A stretch of DNA of 64,000 nucleotides from Octopus vulgaris (lineage: Eukaryota): positions 169,446,001-169,510,000 of the forward strand of contig OX597815.1 of NCBI GenBank assembly GCA_951406725.2, read 5' to 3'. Positions within the stretch are counted from its first letter, which is position 1, and each line of letters starts with the position of its first letter. The translations under genes and the position numbers were made by a program. Below the pieces are notes generated by a model. The model saw nothing but the letters and a program-made list of their open reading frames with translations, was not told where the DNA came from and searched no databases. This document shows positions 1 through 13,257 of this stretch, piece by piece.

Positions 1-151
1 CGCTCAAGAATACAATACTTCTTCCAGTTCAGGAATTGAAACCACAATTTTATGATCACGAGTGCAACTCCTTAACTACTAAGTCACATGCTTCCATATA
101 TGCATGCATATACACGTATAATATTTAGTGACTCATACATTCACACGCACG

Positions 152-204
<53 letters not shown>

Positions 205-880
205 ACACAAGTGCATGAACATCCTGTTAAACCAGCCAACCCCGCCATCATTGAAGATAAATGTTACAAGATAATGATACTAAGATATATACATAGAAAT
301 GCATGCATGTATGTATGTGTGTGTGTGTGTATACACATGCATACATACACACATATATTTGTGTATATATACACACTCACATACATGCATATATTTGTGT
401 GTTGTGTGTGTTTATACAAACACACACACACATATATGCACTCATACATATACACATAATTTTTAGTATCTTACACACACACACACACGTGTATATATGT
501 GTCTGAGGAACTAAATTTTCTTATCTTTATACTTTTTATAAGTGTCCTTATTTCTAAACAGTAAAGATTTTACACACCTGTTCCAAACTGTGTTGATGAT
601 TCAGGTGACAAATTAGGATTAAATATTGTAAAGAAGATAAGGAAATCTTTCACACCGTCTCTTGAATATATACAGCTTTAGAATATGTTGGGAACAATGG
701 AAGCAGTTTGGCACCTTATTTTCTTGGTCATTGTCTCTAAAAGCATACAGACATACACACAATGCAAACACACACACACACTCTTAACATCACTTCATAA
801 ATGAAGGGATATACACGCGTGCACACACACTCAGACACACTAAAAAAACACACAGACACATACATACATAGACACATACA

Positions 881-916
<36 letters not shown>

Positions 917-1454
917 TGTATGTGAATATATACACACACACATATATATACATACATATATTTATATATTTTACCTTATAGATGTGAGAGAGATAAAGTG
1001 AGAGACATACACACATCACATACATATGTATGTGAGTATTGTATATACATATATATACATATATATATATACATATATATATGTGTGTGTATATATATAT
1101 TTGTGAATATGTATACACACACATATATATAATATATATACTTACATACATATATTTATATATTTTACCTTATAGATGTGAGAGAAAGAGAATTAGAGAA
1201 AGAGAGAGAGAGTGGGACATACATGCATCACATACACCCAGACACACATACATATGTATGCATGTGAGTATTGTATGTATGTATATAAATGTATATGCAT
1301 GTGTTCTATTCACAAGATATTGCTCACTGATTGCAAAGCAAACATTTTAATCATCCTGCTTTGCTTTCACTTTAAATGCATATTTTCACAGGATAAATTT
1401 TACCCTCATTCCTCTATCTTTTTTCAAACTTCTTTGTTTTGAATGAAATCTCAC

Positions 1455-1559
1455 CTGACCAATTCGGACAAATTCGGCCTGCCTAGCTCGTTCTTTTCTC
1501 CTTGACCCATGGCCATCTCCTATCACATCACTGAAAGCCCTGCGATACAAGATATTATT
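1455..1559 (-). CDS. GARNL3: GARNL3 last exon in window (NNILYRRAFSDVIGDGHGSRRKERARQAEFVRIGQ)
   Basis: TTTTCAG|AATAAT...GGTCAG|GTGAGA, 105 nt. RR.FSDV...ARQAEFVRIGQ is, from recall, GARNL3-specific among RapGAP proteins. Confidence 0.95.
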
Positions 1560-1611
1560 CTGAAAAATAAAGGAAGAATATATTTCAGTTAACACATAAC
1601 AAATGAATACG

Positions 1612-1910
1612 CAGTTCTATATTTAAGAGATGAGGAATTATGTACATTATTTACATTATTTACGTTATTTACATTCGAATGATAATTGTCCTCATCTTGT
1701 TTGTTGTTAACACAACATTTTGGCTGATTTACCCTCCAGCCTTCTTCAGGTGTCTTGGGGAAATTTTGAACCTGGGTTCTCATTCCTAAGGTATTTTTTG
1801 ATGTTGTTATTATTAATATTATTATTATTCAGGTCACTACCTGGAATCGAACTACCTGGAATTGGGGTTAGTAGCCCACGCTCTTAACCACTATGCCATA
1901 TGCCCGTGGG
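1612..1910 (-). mobile_element. tRNA-headed SINE-like element carrying a hammerhead-ribozyme motif
   Basis: Box A TGGCATAGTGG and box B GTTCGATTC (1829-1910); HHR-shaped segment 1710-1753; TGTAAATAA-type tail. Confidence 0.7.
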
Positions 1911-2323
1911 TATAAATAAATTAACTTTTAATAGGGATGTGCAGGTAATTTTTGTATATAGTAGATGCAGGTATTAGTGTGAGTTAAAACGTTTATCCCA
2001 TAGTTCTGTCGTTTCTAGTTCAGTCCCACTGCCTGGCAACTTTGGCAAGTGCCTGCTAAAATAGTTTTGAGTGAGCTATTGTAAATCAGAAAACTACATA
2101 CATACATACATACATACATACATACATACATACATACATACATACATACATAAACACACACATACATACAGATACACAAATACATATACATACACACATA
2201 TGGTGATTTTATTGAATAAATTTACTCTTTAATATTTCAAAATATTTTTATGTAATTTTGGTAAATATATCTGTTAAAATGATATGCCAGTGTTATTTTC
2301 ATTTTTGTATAATTCACCGCACC

Positions 2324-2613
2324 CTGGCACGTAAAAAGCACCATCCGATCATGGCCGTTGCCAGCCTCGCCTGGCCCCCGTGCCGGTGGCATGTAAAAAG
2401 CACCATCCGTCTGTGGCCATTTGCCAGCTCCGTCTGGCACCTGTGCGGGTGGCACATAAAAAGCACCCACTACACTCACGGAATGGTTGGCATTAGGAAG
2501 GGCATCCAGCCATAGAAACACTGCCAGATCAGACTGGGCCTGATGCAGCCTTCTGGCTTCACAGACCCCAGTTGAACCGTCCAACCCATGCTAGCATGGA
2601 AAGCAGACGCTAA

Positions 2614-2645
<32 letters not shown>
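2324..2645 (+). mobile_element. 5'-truncated RTE LINE 3' UTR/tail copy
   Basis: GGTGGCA(C/T)GTAAAAAGCACC repeats, GGAAGGGCATCCAGC, CCAACCCATGCTAGCATGGAAA and a (GAT)n tail, as in the 3' end of the LINE at 27181-29184. Other copies near 5232-5560, 16900-17118, 37535-37830, 37880-38218, 48836-49143 (+) and 6575-6780, 45580-45890, 59100-59330 (-). Confidence 0.85.
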
Positions 2646-2743
2646 AATATATATATATATATATATATAAATATACCTATGTGTATGTGTCTTTGTGTCT
2701 GTGTTTGTCCCACCACCTCTGGACAACCAGTGTTAGTTATGTC

Positions 2744-2909
2744 CAGGGCTGGCTGAAGGCACCTGCAACTCGGGCAGTCGCCTGGGGCACCATGTGCTGG
2801 GGGGTGCCAAAGAGGACATGACAAAGACAAAGAAACTTCCACAACTGTCAGCTTGTACATGCTGAAGCTCATCTTGCCCAGGGTGTCAGCGACCCTAAGG
2901 CTGACCCTG
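2744..2909. mobile_element. hAT-type MITE nested in a SINE
   Basis: Ends CAGGGCTGGC.../...GCTGACCCTG; 8-bp TSD GTTATGTC / GTTATGCC. Confidence 0.75.
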
Positions 2910-4450
2910 GTTATGCCATAGTTTAGCAAAAGACACTGATATAATATGTACCAGATTTAAAAAGAAAAAGAAGTTTCAGGATTGATTTGTTTGATTAAAA
3001 CCCCTTCAAGGCTGTGCCCCAGCATGGCCACTGTCCAGTGACTGAAACAGACGAAATCTATGAGGCAGTCTATTGGCTCAATTGGGTTTACAACCCTATT
3101 TTGGTTATTCCTATTAAAATTCATTATTATATTTTGGGATGGTCATTTTCTGTTTTTTGCTGAATAACCACACACACTTGTTCTTCACTTAAGCTTTATC
3201 ATCATCATCATCATCATCATCATCATTATCATCATTATTTTAGTGTCCTTTGTTTGAAATCTTTTGTCATACATCCTGAGACCTCTTCAATGACTCCCAT
3301 GTATCTTTTCTTATCCTGTTTAGCCTATTCTGTCTTTCTGTAGTGTGTATCATTATCTGCACATGTGTTTGCATCTGTATGTGTCTGTGTGTGTGTGTGT
3401 GTGTGCATGTGTGTGTGTGTCTGTGTGTCTGTGTGTGTGCGTGTGTGTGTGTGTGTGCATGCGTGTGTGTGTCTGTCTGTGTTTAGTGTGTGTGTTTTGT
3501 GTGTGTATATATGGGTTTGCTTACTATGCAGTTTATAACCCTGTCTTTTAGTTAGTCTTTTTTATTCATTTACACACACACACACTCATGTATGTATATA
3601 TATAATTATATATATATATGCACCTATATATGTATGTGTATATACATATGCGCACGTATGTGTGTATGCATATATATATGTGTGCATATGTATATCTTCT
3701 AGACAATATTTGCAATAACTGTACAATTAAGTTTCTCATATGAGAATGAAATAACAATGTTAGTCTGTTAGTTTTCACTGAGAGATGATAAACTGCATAA
3801 ATTTTGTCTTTGAAACTGTTATGTTGCAATACTAACAACATAATTGATAGTTATTATACTTCTAAGAAACATAACCTTACTGTTTACATAATTTAATAGA
3901 AAATGAAAGGTTCACAGGAATCGCAGAGTTGTAATCTTCCACAAAATTCTTTGTTTGCTATGATATCTGATAAGAGATATCGTATGATGAGATATTTATG
4001 AAAATTACACCACTACCGATGCCGCCACTTTAGTGATCTCCACCACCCTTATTTCAATAACTTCTATCTCCACAAGATAAAGCATATACATCATTATTAT
4101 TATCATCACCACCATCGTCAAAACCACCACTACCACCACCACCACCACGATCTGCCATTTTGTAGTGGTCATAGAAGTGTTACGAAAAAACATCGTTAGT
4201 AAGGAGAGACACAAAAAAGAAAGAAGAAAGCAGAGAACCACTGATGAGGTCACGGAAGTGTGATGAAAGAACTCTGGCTGAAATACAATTAATATAAAAT
4301 AAAGCTGAAGCAAGTGAACACCAAATATAAAGTGCATGTGTTTTTATTGGCTAAAATGGCAACATGACCATCCCCAAACACAACAATATCTGTTTCAGCA
4401 CATGAATTCACATCAAGAATCTTGCAAAATGAATATATAAACACATATAA

Positions 4451-4502
<52 letters not shown>

Positions 4503-5859
4503 TGGCATGGAAAACGGACGTTAAACAATGATGATGATATATATATATAATATGCACATGGGCTTCTTTCAGTTTCTCTACTAAATCCACTCACAAGGCC
4601 TTGATTGTCCCAGGGCTATAGTAGATGATGCTTGCTCAAGATGCTGCACAGTGGAACTGAACCCAAGACTACATGGTTGAGAAGCAAGCCTGTTAATCAC
4701 ACATCCATGCCTGTGCTTATACCATAGGAATAATTCAAATTTCCTTGTTTTCACACACTCTATGTAGTCTAAATCTTAGTATGGCTTCCGAGCTGGTTAT
4801 GATTACAAGTGACATTAAATTTGAGTGGTAGACTTCATTTGTTATGCAGTTTAATACCGACAATGCAGTTTGACAGTTTTCCAATAGTTAACTGCTGTGT
4901 AAATTAACCTTCTTACTCATGGGATTTATCTGTACTATAGCTTTTGATAAACTAATGGTTGATATAGAAGTGGTCGACAAATTCAATTTATAGCTCATTT
5001 TAACACGCAATAATGGAAGTTCATTTACGTGTGAACTAACCCAAAATAAATGCTAAAGGGTTAACTGTTTAGCTAGCATCTAAACTGGCTATATCTGGCC
5101 AAAATTATTCTACCTGCTTTATGTTCAAACTGGCCAGATGCTGCCTCTTACACCTGCCCTACAATATCATTCTAAAAATAAACAGTCACATCATCAAAAT
5201 CTTGAAGCAACAAGATAATGCTTGATTAATCGGCATGAAAAAAGCATCCTATGAAATTTGGGCCTCATGGAGGCAGTGACAAGTGGCTGAGACCTTTGGC
5301 AATATAGCATGCTTGGGAAGACCTGTCAAGCCAAGTGAGATCACAGTTGTGGCTGATGCTGGTGTTTCGTAACTGGCACCTGTGCCAGTGACACATAAAA
5401 ATCACCCACTACACTCTTGAAGTGGTTGGTGTTGGGAAGGGCTTCCAGCTGTAGAAACCATGCCAAATCAGATTGGAACCTGGTGTAGCTTATCAGTTTT
5501 CATTCAAACCGTCCAACCCATGCCAGCATGGAAAACGGATATCAGATGATGATGATGAGATGATTTACTAAGTATTGTATTTGAGAGAATTTTCTGAATG
5601 CAAATGGGTCAATAGTTTCAATGATTGTTGCTCAGTCCCTGGATGCCTTTACTGACATCAGCTCTGTTGCAAGCATTCGAGACCAGTCTCTGGTTGGCAA
5701 ATAACCTAATTCCTCTCTCCAGGTAGTCTCAAATGCCCTATAAAAGATCATGATCTAGATATTTATCATCATCATCATCATTTTCATATCCACTTTTCCA
5801 TGCTTGCATGGTTTGGACAGGGGTTTATTGATGCAGATTTTCTAAGGACGGATGCCCTT

Positions 5860-6090
5860 CTTATTTCTTTATTGCCCACAAGGGCCTAAATATAGAGGGG
5901 ACAAACAAGAACAGACAAAGGGATTAAGTCGATTACATCGACCCCAGTGCATAACTGGTACTTAATTCATTGACCTTGAAAGGATGAAAGGCAAAGTTGA
6001 CCTTGGCGGAATTTGAACTCAGAATGTAACAGCAGACGAAATACCGCTAAGCATTTTGCCCGGTGTGCTAATGTTTCTGCCAGCTCGATG
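5860..6090 (-). mobile_element. tRNA-derived SINE with a MetaSINE-like central domain
   Basis: Minus strand GAGTTCAAATTCCGCC-AGGTC-ACTTTGCCTTTCATCCTTTC...AAGTACCAGTT. Related copies at 14734-14942, 14990-15200, 15320-15520, 38806-39185 (+, internally duplicated) and 39330-40150. Confidence 0.7.
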
Positions 6091-7075
6091 CCCTTCTTAT
6101 CATCAACCTTTGCCTGTTTCCCTTGGCCAGGTATGTTTTTGTGAAATATTGCGAATGAATGACACTGCTTGTATGACAGTAACACTTATTTACAGCTATC
6201 ATACAATGTCAAGGCAAGGAGAGACAAACACTCACACACACACATACATACATATATACATATAAATGTTCCTTCTAGAGCTATGCCAGGCTCATGAGGG
6301 CTGGTTTCCTGGTTTCAATGGCGTATGTGTTCCCCAGCTGGATGGGATGCCAGTCCATCGCAGCGTTATTCATTTTTGCCAGCTGAGTGGACTGGAGCAA
6401 TGTGAAATAAAGTGTTTTGCTCAAGAACACAACGCATCACCCGGTCCAGGAATCGAAACCACAACCTTACGATCATGAGTTCAACACCCTAACCACTAAA
6501 CCATGTGCCTCCACACATACATACATATACCTTCATATATATCATCATCATCATTTCATTGTCATTCCATCATCATTTAACATCCGTTTTCCATGCTGGC
6601 ATTAGTTGGATGGTTTGACAGGAGCTGGTAAGACTAGGGCCCACAGGAGCTGGTAAGACTAGGGCTTTTATGGCTGGATGCTCTTCCTAATGCTAACCAC
6701 TTTACGGAGTATACTGGGGGCTTTGTACCTGGCAACACCACTGACAAGATCACCAATTAACTTGCAAGACAAAATCACTTGAGCTGGGAGGAGGGAATAC
6801 TAATGAGAGGGGTGGTGACTTTGTGCCAGCTTATGAGAGATTAGAAGTATAGAGGGACAGGAGTAGTAGTTCAAGATGGTGCCCCAGCATGGCCACAGTC
6901 TAATGACTGAAACAAGCAAAAGAATAAGGAAGTAAAACCTCAACCAGGTTTGAATTATCCCGGACAGATTTGAAATACCTCCTGGAGTGATTTGAAATAC
7001 CTCCTGGAGTTTATCATTACTCCAAAGAGGTGGCAAATTTCAGAAATTACAGATGGTGAATTAACAGAAACTAAC

Positions 7076-7191
7076 CTTTGATAGTTCAGGCATATATTCT
7101 TGGTAGATATTACGTATTAACATGTCCAAGGTTCGCTCCCGCTTCTGAGCAAATAATCGGTTGTTAACAGCTGCCTTTTCCCCATTGATTA
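7076..7191 (-). CDS. GARNL3: GARNL3 exon (L-INGEKAAVNNRLFAQKRERTLDMLIRNIYQEYMPELSK)
   Basis: ATTCTAG|TAATCAAT...TCAAAG|GTTAGT, 116 nt. LINGEKA...FAQKR.RTLDMLIR marks the end of the RapGAP domain. Confidence 0.96.
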
Positions 7192-7778
7192 CTAGAATGT
7201 AAAATAAAATATTATTTCAGAAAACTTTAAATAGAATATCTCTTAGGGAATATTTAGGAAAACTGAAAAGAAAAAGAAAGTATTTTGCTTTGTGTGTATG
7301 TTTATTACTATTTATTGCATATAATGAGGATGAATAATGAAATTCATATTTGAATGTTTCAATACAAAATTTTAAAAATATTTGGCTAATTAATAAGTAG
7401 GAAATTTATTTGAGCATTAAAAAAAAAAAAAGATTGATATTTCATCTGAAATATTCTTGAAAACATGGAATTAAATCCCAGTGGAAAATAATGGTATGTG
7501 CTGAAAATCCTTTTGATTTGGAGGAGAAAAATGTTTGTGTAATCAGATTTGTAAAACATGTTGCATCAAAAAGAGTAAGTTTAACAACTTTTAGTATTTG
7601 AAATTATATTTTATGTATCTATTGATTTTTAATAGCATAACAATGATAATCATTGAAAATAAGCAACAACTGTGTGCATTGTTATCATTGGGTAAGTCTA
7701 CATCAACTCTGATCAAAGCTAATCTATGATATAGACATAACTGATGAAACAGAATGTTTCATTGACAATTCTTGCCAT

Positions 7779-8041
7779 GGCGTAGGAGTGGCTGTGTGGT
7801 AAGTAGCTTGCTTACCAACCACATGGTTCCAGGTTCAAACCCACTGCGTGGCACCTTGGGAAAGTGTCTTCTACTATAGCCTCGGTCGACCAAAGCCTTG
7901 TGTGTGGATTTGGTAGACGGAAACTGAAAGAAGCCCGTCATATATATATGTATATGCATATATCTATATATATATATATATATATATATAGCACGTTTAA
8001 ATATTGCTAAACTGGCAATATGACCATTCCGAAATATAACA

Positions 8042-8096
<55 letters not shown>

Positions 8097-8298
8097 TGTT
8101 TGTCCCCTCCCCAACATTGCTTGACACCCAATGCTGGTGTGTTTACGTCCCCGTAACTTAGCAGTTCAGCAAAAGAGACCGATAGAATAAGTACCAGGCT
8201 TACAAAGAATAAGTCCTGGGGTCGAATTGCTCGACTAAAGGCAGTGCTCCAGCATGGCCGCAGTCAAATGACTGAAACAAGTAAAAGAGTAAAAGAGT
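7779..8298 (+). mobile_element. Abundant tRNA-derived CORE-type SINE with an internal (TA)/(TG) microsatellite
   Basis: Head GGCGTAGGAGTGGCTGTGTGGTAAG...GGTTCAAACCC; CORE-like GGCACCTTGGGAAAGTGTCTT; tail GTGCTCCAGCATGGCCGCAGTCAAATGACTGAAAC-(AGTAAAAG)n. Confidence 0.85.
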
Positions 8299-8499
8299 AT
8301 GGCTATTTTGTCTATATTGTTGAGCTTACTATTCCGATATGCTAGATTTACAATACATGAATCATTTTTTTTCTTTTCTTAAAGGTGGTGATGGTGAATT
8401 AGTTGAGGGGAGGGTATTGCACTGCTACATTATGCAAATATATGCAGAAGCTCCCTTGTTGGTTGATGTGTCTAAGCGAGGAGAAAGAAGCTATGGGTG

Positions 8500-8765
8500 A
8501 GAATCCTCATCACTGTCATTGTTGTTATCATTGCCACTGCTGCTGCTATCATCTTCATCATCATCATCATCATCCACCACCACTACCGCCACCACTGCGT
8601 GCCGCTGCCATCACCAGTACCAGCACCAGCACTAGCAGCAGCAGCAGCAGCAGCAGCACCACCACCACCACCACCACCAGCAGCAGCAGCAGCAGCAGCA
8701 CCACCACCATCACCAGCAGCAGCAGCAGCACCACCATCACCACCACCACCACCACTATCGTCATT
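8500..8765. repeat. Compound (CAT)/(CAC)/(CAG)n trinucleotide tract
   Basis: Read directly; explains the low-complexity ORFs at 8403-8921. Confidence 0.95.
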
Positions 8766-9833
8766 TTTATGTCTGCTTTTTCATACTTGCATCATGGATT
8801 GGACAAATCATTCTCAGTGCAGAGCCTTGCCATTTGCTTCATCCCTTTGTTATCTCTTTTGAAAGGGTTCAGCTTCCTGAGATCAGCTTTCGCCACTTCT
8901 GCCCGCCCATGTCTTCCTTAGTCTTCTTCTTCTTGTTCTTCTGCAGTATTCTTTCCACTTGGCATCTCCCGGCACCTCTTTACCCATCTGTTATCATCCA
9001 TGTGCATCCACATGTCCAAACCAATACAATCTTCACTCTTATAAACAATAATTAATTCCTCTTCAACCTAATTAATCTATGAACTTATCTGTGCCATGTT
9101 GTTTATGTGGAGCTTGCTGGTGTCACTTGTCTCCAACCTTTAGACATCCTCTACATTAAATCACGTTTTGAAGTTTATTTCATTTATTTATTAATTATTA
9201 ATTCAAAAAAGTGGGTCAACAGTAATTTTATTGACTTCTAAATTATTAGAAACGAAATAAAGTAATAAAGAGTCAATAAAACAATGATTTTGCAATAACA
9301 ACTTCAATATCTACCGTAAATTGCCTTTAGATGGCAGAATATTTGTTGGCCTTGTTTTGCCAATCACTTATAATCCAGCACATTGATTTGGTAATGCAGT
9401 TACAGAATTTAGAATGAGAATTCCATTGACACAAAGTTGATGCTGCCATTCAGAGAATAAAGAGCAATTTACCTGAGGTGATAAAAGAAGACAATCTGGT
9501 TTAAACCAGAACCATTAATTTTACCTTGCAATTCTCTGATTCTATTATGATACAATGAGCTGTTAGAGCAGTGAATAATTTGCCTTGATACAAAGCTGTT
9601 TATTTCATTGAGATGGTGGGGCACTATTGTGTATTCTATTTTCAAATTTCTTTTTTTTTTTTTGTTAACGGTGAATATTCATAGAACATATTGGTATATG
9701 AAGTGATAGAAATAAACCTATTTATGAAAAAAATTTTTTATAGATTAAATATGAATGAAAATATAATAATGTAGGAAGCTTCATTTTGAAATAATAAAAA
9801 AAGAATCCCCAGAACAATGAAATGAATACTTAC

Positions 9834-9940
9834 ATTTAACTAAAAGGAAGTCACGAAATTCTTTATGGTTTGTGAAAATGGGAGGTGAAGGTAATACAGG
9901 TCCAAATAATGGAACAGACTCTTCAGAGAATACAGAAAGT
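9834..9940 (-). CDS. GARNL3: GARNL3 exon ([36 protein letters not shown])
   Basis: TTTGTAG|ACTTTCT...GTTAAAT|GTAAGT, 107 nt. Carries the VPLFGP...EFRDFLLVK RapGAP motif. Confidence 0.97.
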
Positions 9941-10226
9941 CTACAAAATAAAAGAAATATATTTATTTTATATTTGAAAGTTGTAATCTCTTTCTATTTT
10001 TACCCTTTCTTTCTATTATTGTTTCCTAACCATTTTCCAATCAATTTTACAATACATTTAACATTGACAATCACTTTTAATGGCCTTTGCAAAACAAAGG
10101 GCGCCATAACATTGCCTAAAGTTAATGATAGCACCAGAAACTACCATAACTAAAGTAAAATATAATTAACTATTTGAAAACATAGTTGACCACAGTTATG
10201 ATAGTTAACACTTTACAAAGAGTTTA

Positions 10227-11685
10227 TCTATATCTATAAAGCTCAAAATGTCTGTGTGTGTATATGTATACTTTTTATGCATTTCCACATTTTTCATCCA
10301 ATTTTGATGAAATTTTTTTTATTAAATGGCAAATTTACTCTGGCAGGTCACTGCTGCATTATCGACGCCTAGAGATACCCACTTCTAGGAGAAAAATCAA
10401 TAAAACTGAAGGGACCCCCACTTTTTGCAAAAAAAATGGCAAAAGTTGCATGCGAAGAAAGTTTTTATAGGAACGTTCGATTTTTATAATTTTGATCTCA
10501 AAAGGATCGTCATGTTGCAACGTTTCAGACAAATATTTTGGCACTGCCTTGGGGCCTCTGATCCCCAAGAAAATTGTGGAAAACTTTGAAAAAATTGATC
10601 TTTTGCATTTTTGCAAAGTTACACAGTAGAAAACTTTTAACTGGAAAGTCTGATTTCCTTGGTTTTTATGGCTAAAACACCACCACGTAATGGCAGTTCT
10701 ATCAAGTATCTCTTCTATGTCCAAAGGCATCCCTGTGTGACAAAAAAACCGTGTAAAACTGTGAAAAAAAAAACGATTTTATACACTGTTTACCCCCTTT
10801 AAATTTTCAAAAACTTCTCACTGCTTCGGTGGATTGCATTCTAACTTTACACACTATTTACTCATCCTAAGGATAATGTTAGGATACTCCGATATGCACA
10901 GAATTCATCTGTTATGACCAACAATTGTGAAAAACTGAATAGAAAACTGTTTTTTTGCCCTTAAATCCCCCATTTTTGACCAAATCTGTCCAAATCTCAC
11001 ATGATAGGTACTTGACTTAACAATGGTTTAAAAATATTTTTGGTTAATATGTGACAGATCTACGAAATACTGTGAAACATCACCTTTTTGCATTTTTGCA
11101 GAGTTACACCCAAGAAAGCAGTTTCAAGGAATGCTCGATATTTTTTTTTGCTTTTTGTCGCAAAAGGACCGCTATGTTGCATCATTTCTGGAAAGTATTT
11201 GTTCATTGTCCCTGTGCATCTGGGTTCTACAGAAAACTGCAAAACATAGACACTCCTCCTCCTCCAACAGCTTCACCTTTTTGCAGATTGCTAGTCTAGG
11301 TCAACCTTCCACTCTCACTTACTCCTTTGCGTGTGAAAATGATTAATGGCACTTAGTTCATACCGTTTATACCCATCCCGCCATAATTAAACAACATTCT
11401 TTCAACACCAGTCTAATAGGATAAAATGCCTGTGATGTCTACACATTGTGCGATTTGTAAACATTTCCCTCCACCACATTACCCAAACCTTGAGCACTTC
11501 CTCTGGCATTTGGTTGTTCAACTAATAAATGCCGCTTGGGAAAAATCACTTCTTCCTCAATGTCAATGTTTGCAACTAAACGCAAAAAAAATATTCAAAA
11601 GAGATGTACAAAGAAAAAATGGTAGAACCTATTAAAATCATTGCTGAGTATTTAATACCCGAGTAACGTCAAGTACTCCTGCTAG
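10227..11685 (+). mobile_element. Non-autonomous Helitron
   Basis: A|TCTATATCTATAAAG 5' end; degenerate hairpin ACCCGAGTAACGTCAAGT, then CTAG|T 3' end; no TSD. Confidence 0.7.
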
Positions 11686-12132
11686 TATCACAATAAAAGT
11701 TGCATGCAGCTCTCTAGAATCTTTTCCATTTTTCTGTGGCTATGTGGTAAGAAGTTTGCTTCTCAACCACATAGTTCCAGGCTCAGTCCCATTCTGCAGC
11801 ACCTAGAGCAAGTGTCTTCTACTATTACCTTCAATTGATCAGGGCTTTGTGAGTGGATTTGGTTGGGGGAAATGGAAAGAAGTCCATCATACGTACGTAC
11901 GTACATACGTACATACGTACATACATACATACATACATACATACATACATACATACATACATACATACATACATACATGTTTCAGTCTGGTGATCAGCTG
12001 CATTTGCAGCTAATTGAACTAGAGCAATAACATGTAATGAAGTACCTTGCTCAAGAGCACAACACACTGCCTGTTCAGGGAATTAAAATCCATGATCTTG
12101 CAATTGTGAGTGCAACACCCTAACCACTAAGC

Positions 12133-12306
12133 TATGCACATTCACACACATGTATGCACACACACAGGTATGCACACACACATGTATGCACACACACATG
12201 TATGCACACACACATGTATGCACACACACATGTATGCACACACAGACATGTATGCACACACACACACATGTATGCACACACACACACATGTATGCACACA
12301 CACACA
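12133..12306. repeat. Minisatellite TATGCAC(AC)nATG
   Basis: About 10 tandem 16-20 bp units; a similar tract lies at 34938-35075. Confidence 0.9.
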
Positions 12307-12899
12307 CGAAGGTGGTGAGCTGGCAGAATCATTTGCACATTGCAAAAGCTGCTTAGTAGCAATTTTTCCCCACTTCTATATAGTTTGAGTTCAAATCCCA
12401 CCCAGGTCAACTTTGCCTTTCATCCCTTCAGGGTTAATAAAATAAAGGACCAATAAAGTGTAGGGTCAATGTAATTGACTTGCCCCCTCGACTCAAACTT
12501 GTTGGTCTTGAACCCTGCAATGACCTGTTCAGGGGTTACGTTGTGATCTCAGCCATGGAAACTGGGTAGCTGGACTTCTGAGTACTAGTGCTTTTATACA
12601 CTTGCATCTATATGAGAGGACCTCTCAAGGCAAACACAGCAGTATTTGGTGTTCTAACAAAACATCCACATTAAGTTGGATATAAGGATTGCCTTTTGGT
12701 ACTAATAACTATTTTTTAATAAGCCTGCTGACTATTTGCTACATCAGTGTATGAAAAGTCACTGTAATTCTATATATTGTTGGTAATGAGATTCGGCTGG
12801 TATGCAGCCAGAGGGTGCTTGTCACTGAAGATATGCAGTACATTGAAATCCTATAATCTGGTTGTTCTGGTGCCCATGCCAGACAATTCTCACCTGCTA

Positions 12900-12946
<47 letters not shown>

Positions 12947-13042
12947 TTGTGTGAATACTCTATTTGGTGTTCCAGTAAAGCATCTGCATGAAGTTGGATA
13001 TAAAGATTGTCATATATATGTATGTGAATATCTATCTATCTA

Positions 13043-13099
<57 letters not shown>

Positions 13100-13207
13100 A
13101 TATAAATATGTATTTATGTATATAAATGTATACATATATACATACACACACACATGCACGCACACACACACATATATAAATATGTATTTATGTATATAAA
13201 TGTATAC

Positions 13208-13257
<50 letters not shown>

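Noticed and set aside
540-745. Next downstream GARNL3 exon (ALKLK..V.GDAP)
   Set aside because: No matching peptide was found on the minus strand; the exon probably lies before position 1.
88-1442. His/Thr-, Cys/Val- and Tyr/Ile-rich ORFs here and throughout the track
   Set aside because: Translations of (CA)n, (TA)n and (TACA)n microsatellites; no splice or homology support.
8403-8921. Poly-Ala/Pro/Ser/Thr ORFs resembling a transcription-factor low-complexity region
   Set aside because: Trinucleotide tract open in several frames; intronic; not a gene.
9872-10153. Plus-strand 93-aa ORF
   Set aside because: Antisense shadow of the GARNL3 exon at 9834-9940.
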